Shown piece by piece: positions 62,951 through 64,000 of a stretch of DNA of 64,000 nt. The first letter of the stretch is position 1, and each line of letters starts with the position of its first letter. Under the pieces are notes generated by a model, which saw only the letters and a program-made list of their open reading frames with translations, was not told the origin of the DNA and made no database searches. Origin of the DNA: an uncultured Schlesneria sp. (GTDB taxonomy: Bacteria > Planctomycetota > Planctomycetia > Planctomycetales > Planctomycetaceae); NCBI GenBank assembly GCA_903834925.1, contig CAILLA010000305.1:7115-71114 (forward strand), in the 5' to 3' direction. Made by a program: the position numbers and the translations under genes.

Positions 62951-64000
62951 TCATCGGGGCTGGACCAACCGGACTGGGGGCCGCGTGGCGCCTACAGGAG
63001 GCTCGTCATCCCGATTGGCAATTGCTCGAAGCGGCATCCGTTCCAGGCGGCCTCAGTCAGTCCGTTCGCGATCCCCATGGATTCACCTGGGATTTAGGCG
63101 GTCACGTCCTGTTTTCGCATTACGAATACTTTGATCGGGTGATGGACGACCTGCTGGAATCGAATTGGGTCGAGCACATTCGGGAATCCTGGGTGTGGAT
63201 GCGCGATCGTTTTATTCCTTATCCCCTGCAAAACAATATCCGCAGGCTTCCGGTCGAGGACCTGAGTCTCTGCCTGAAAGGGTTGTTGGCGGTCCACGGT
63301 AAAACTGCGAGCGGTCCCCCGCCGGCAAACTTCAAGGAATGGATTCTCCAGCAGTTCGGAACGGGTTTGGCTGACGTTTTCATGCTGCCATACAACCGCA
63401 AGGTCTGGGCCTATAAACCGGATCGGTTGTCGGTCGGTTGGATGGGCGAGCGCGTTTCTGCAGTTGATCTCGGTCGGATTCTGGAGAACATCATTCGGCA
63501 AACAGACGATGTCAGTTGGGGCCCCAATCATAAGTTCCGCTTTCCGCTTCGCGGCGGGACCGGTGCCATTTGGCAAGCGTGTTGGAACAGACTGTCGCAA
63601 GAGCGAGTTCACTTGAATCGACACGTGCAGCGGATCGACATGCATCGAAAAGTTGTGCGTCTCGGGTCTGGGGAAGAATTGTCCTATGATGCCCTCATCT
63701 CAACAATGCCAATGGAAGTATTGCTGCGGATGACGGAAGGGTGCCCCGAAGTCAGTCAACTGGCTGCGGAGTTTCGCTATTCTTCCAGTCACATATTTGG
63801 AATCGGAATCGAAGGGGCCACTCCCGAATCCCTGCAAACGAAATGTTGGATGTACTTTCCGGAACCGGATCTGCCGTTCTATCGTGTCACGGTCTTCTCC
63901 AACTACTCTCCAAACAACGTGCCTGAACCGGGGAAATATTGGTCGTTGATGTGTGAAGTGAGTGAATCGCCCGAAAAGCCGGTCGACTCAACGACGATCT
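62926..64000 (+). CDS. glf: FAD-dependent UDP-galactopyranose mutase, eukaryote-like type (3' partial, runs off the window)
   Basis: This ORF is not in the supplied track because it has no stop. It reads MDLAKKIVVIGAGPTGLGAAWRL (Rossmann GxGxxG), ...GGHVLFSHYEYFD... and WMYFPEPDLPFYRVTVFSNYSPNNVP, which resembles fungal/protist UGM (FYRATIFSNYSP, recalled from memory). Confidence 0.7.
   Translation, partial: MDLAKKIVVIGAGPTGLGAAWRLQEARHPDWQLLEAASVPGGLSQSVRDPHGFTWDLGGHVLFSHYEYFDRVMDDLLESNWVEHIRESWVWMRDRFIPYPLQNNIRRLPVEDLSLCLKGLLAVHGKTASGPPPANFKEWILQQFGTGLADVFMLPYNRKVWAYKPDRLSVGWMGERVSAVDLGRILENIIRQTDDVSWGPNHKFRFPLRGGTGAIWQACWNRLSQERVHLNRHVQRIDMHRKVVRLGSGEELSYDALISTMPMEVLLRMTEGCPEVSQLAAEFRYSSSHIFGIGIEGATPESLQTKCWMYFPEPDLPFYRVTVFSNYSPNNVPEPGKYWSLMCEVSESPEKPVDSTTI

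Noticed and set aside
63094-63645. 183-aa minus-strand ORF listed in the track
   Set aside because: It is antisense to the open-ended plus-strand UGM-like frame, which has clear FAD and UGM motifs. It has no motifs of its own.

Overview
The window reads as a bacterial chromosome, probably Planctomycetota. That assignment is an inference from gene content: an ECF sigma factor paired with a Ser/Thr kinase, a TAT-signal Gfo/Idh/MocA oxidoreductase, and GspG-like and CIA30-like secreted proteins. It has three parts.

(1) 1-27.7 kb is ordinary core DNA. It carries a SnoaL/alpha-beta hydrolase fusion, a TolC-like protein, a MarR operon with a duplicated palindromic operator, DUF417, a frameshifted isochorismatase, CIA30, DinB, a 1248-aa coiled-coil membrane protein, clpS, Gfo/Idh/MocA, vapBC, trpD, a carboxylesterase, hslVU, an ECF sigma plus Ser/Thr kinase pair, a HlyD-like protein and a PAPS-reductase-like protein. 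Five copies of a roughly 95-100 bp MITE-like double-hairpin element are scattered through it.

(2) 27.8-62.0 kb is a roughly 34 kb island integrated into tRNA-Leu(CAA). It is bounded by an imperfect direct repeat of the tRNA 3' part and has a tyrosine integrase at the left end and an excisionase-like HTH near the right end. I recognise no capsid, terminase or conjugation genes. The island is packed with nuclease, NTPase and regulator genes:
- a type I R-M operon with an embedded RES-domain gene and a 583-aa unknown
- a 1349-aa HTH + Mrr-like + STAND NTPase (Avs-like)
- an 870-aa protein with a FokI-type cleavage domain, placed behind an XRE-ImmA/IrrE regulator
- a Cas4/RecB-type nuclease
- the most unusual part: a truncated, apparently catalytically dead DnaE (Pol III alpha)-like protein translationally coupled to a WYL regulator, plus a separate truncated DnaX (clamp-loader)-like AAA+ ATPase

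(3) 62.1-64 kb returns to core DNA with a GT2 glycosyltransferase and a eukaryote-type UDP-galactopyranose mutase that runs off the window.

All functional calls come from reading motifs in the ORF translations. No database search was run.
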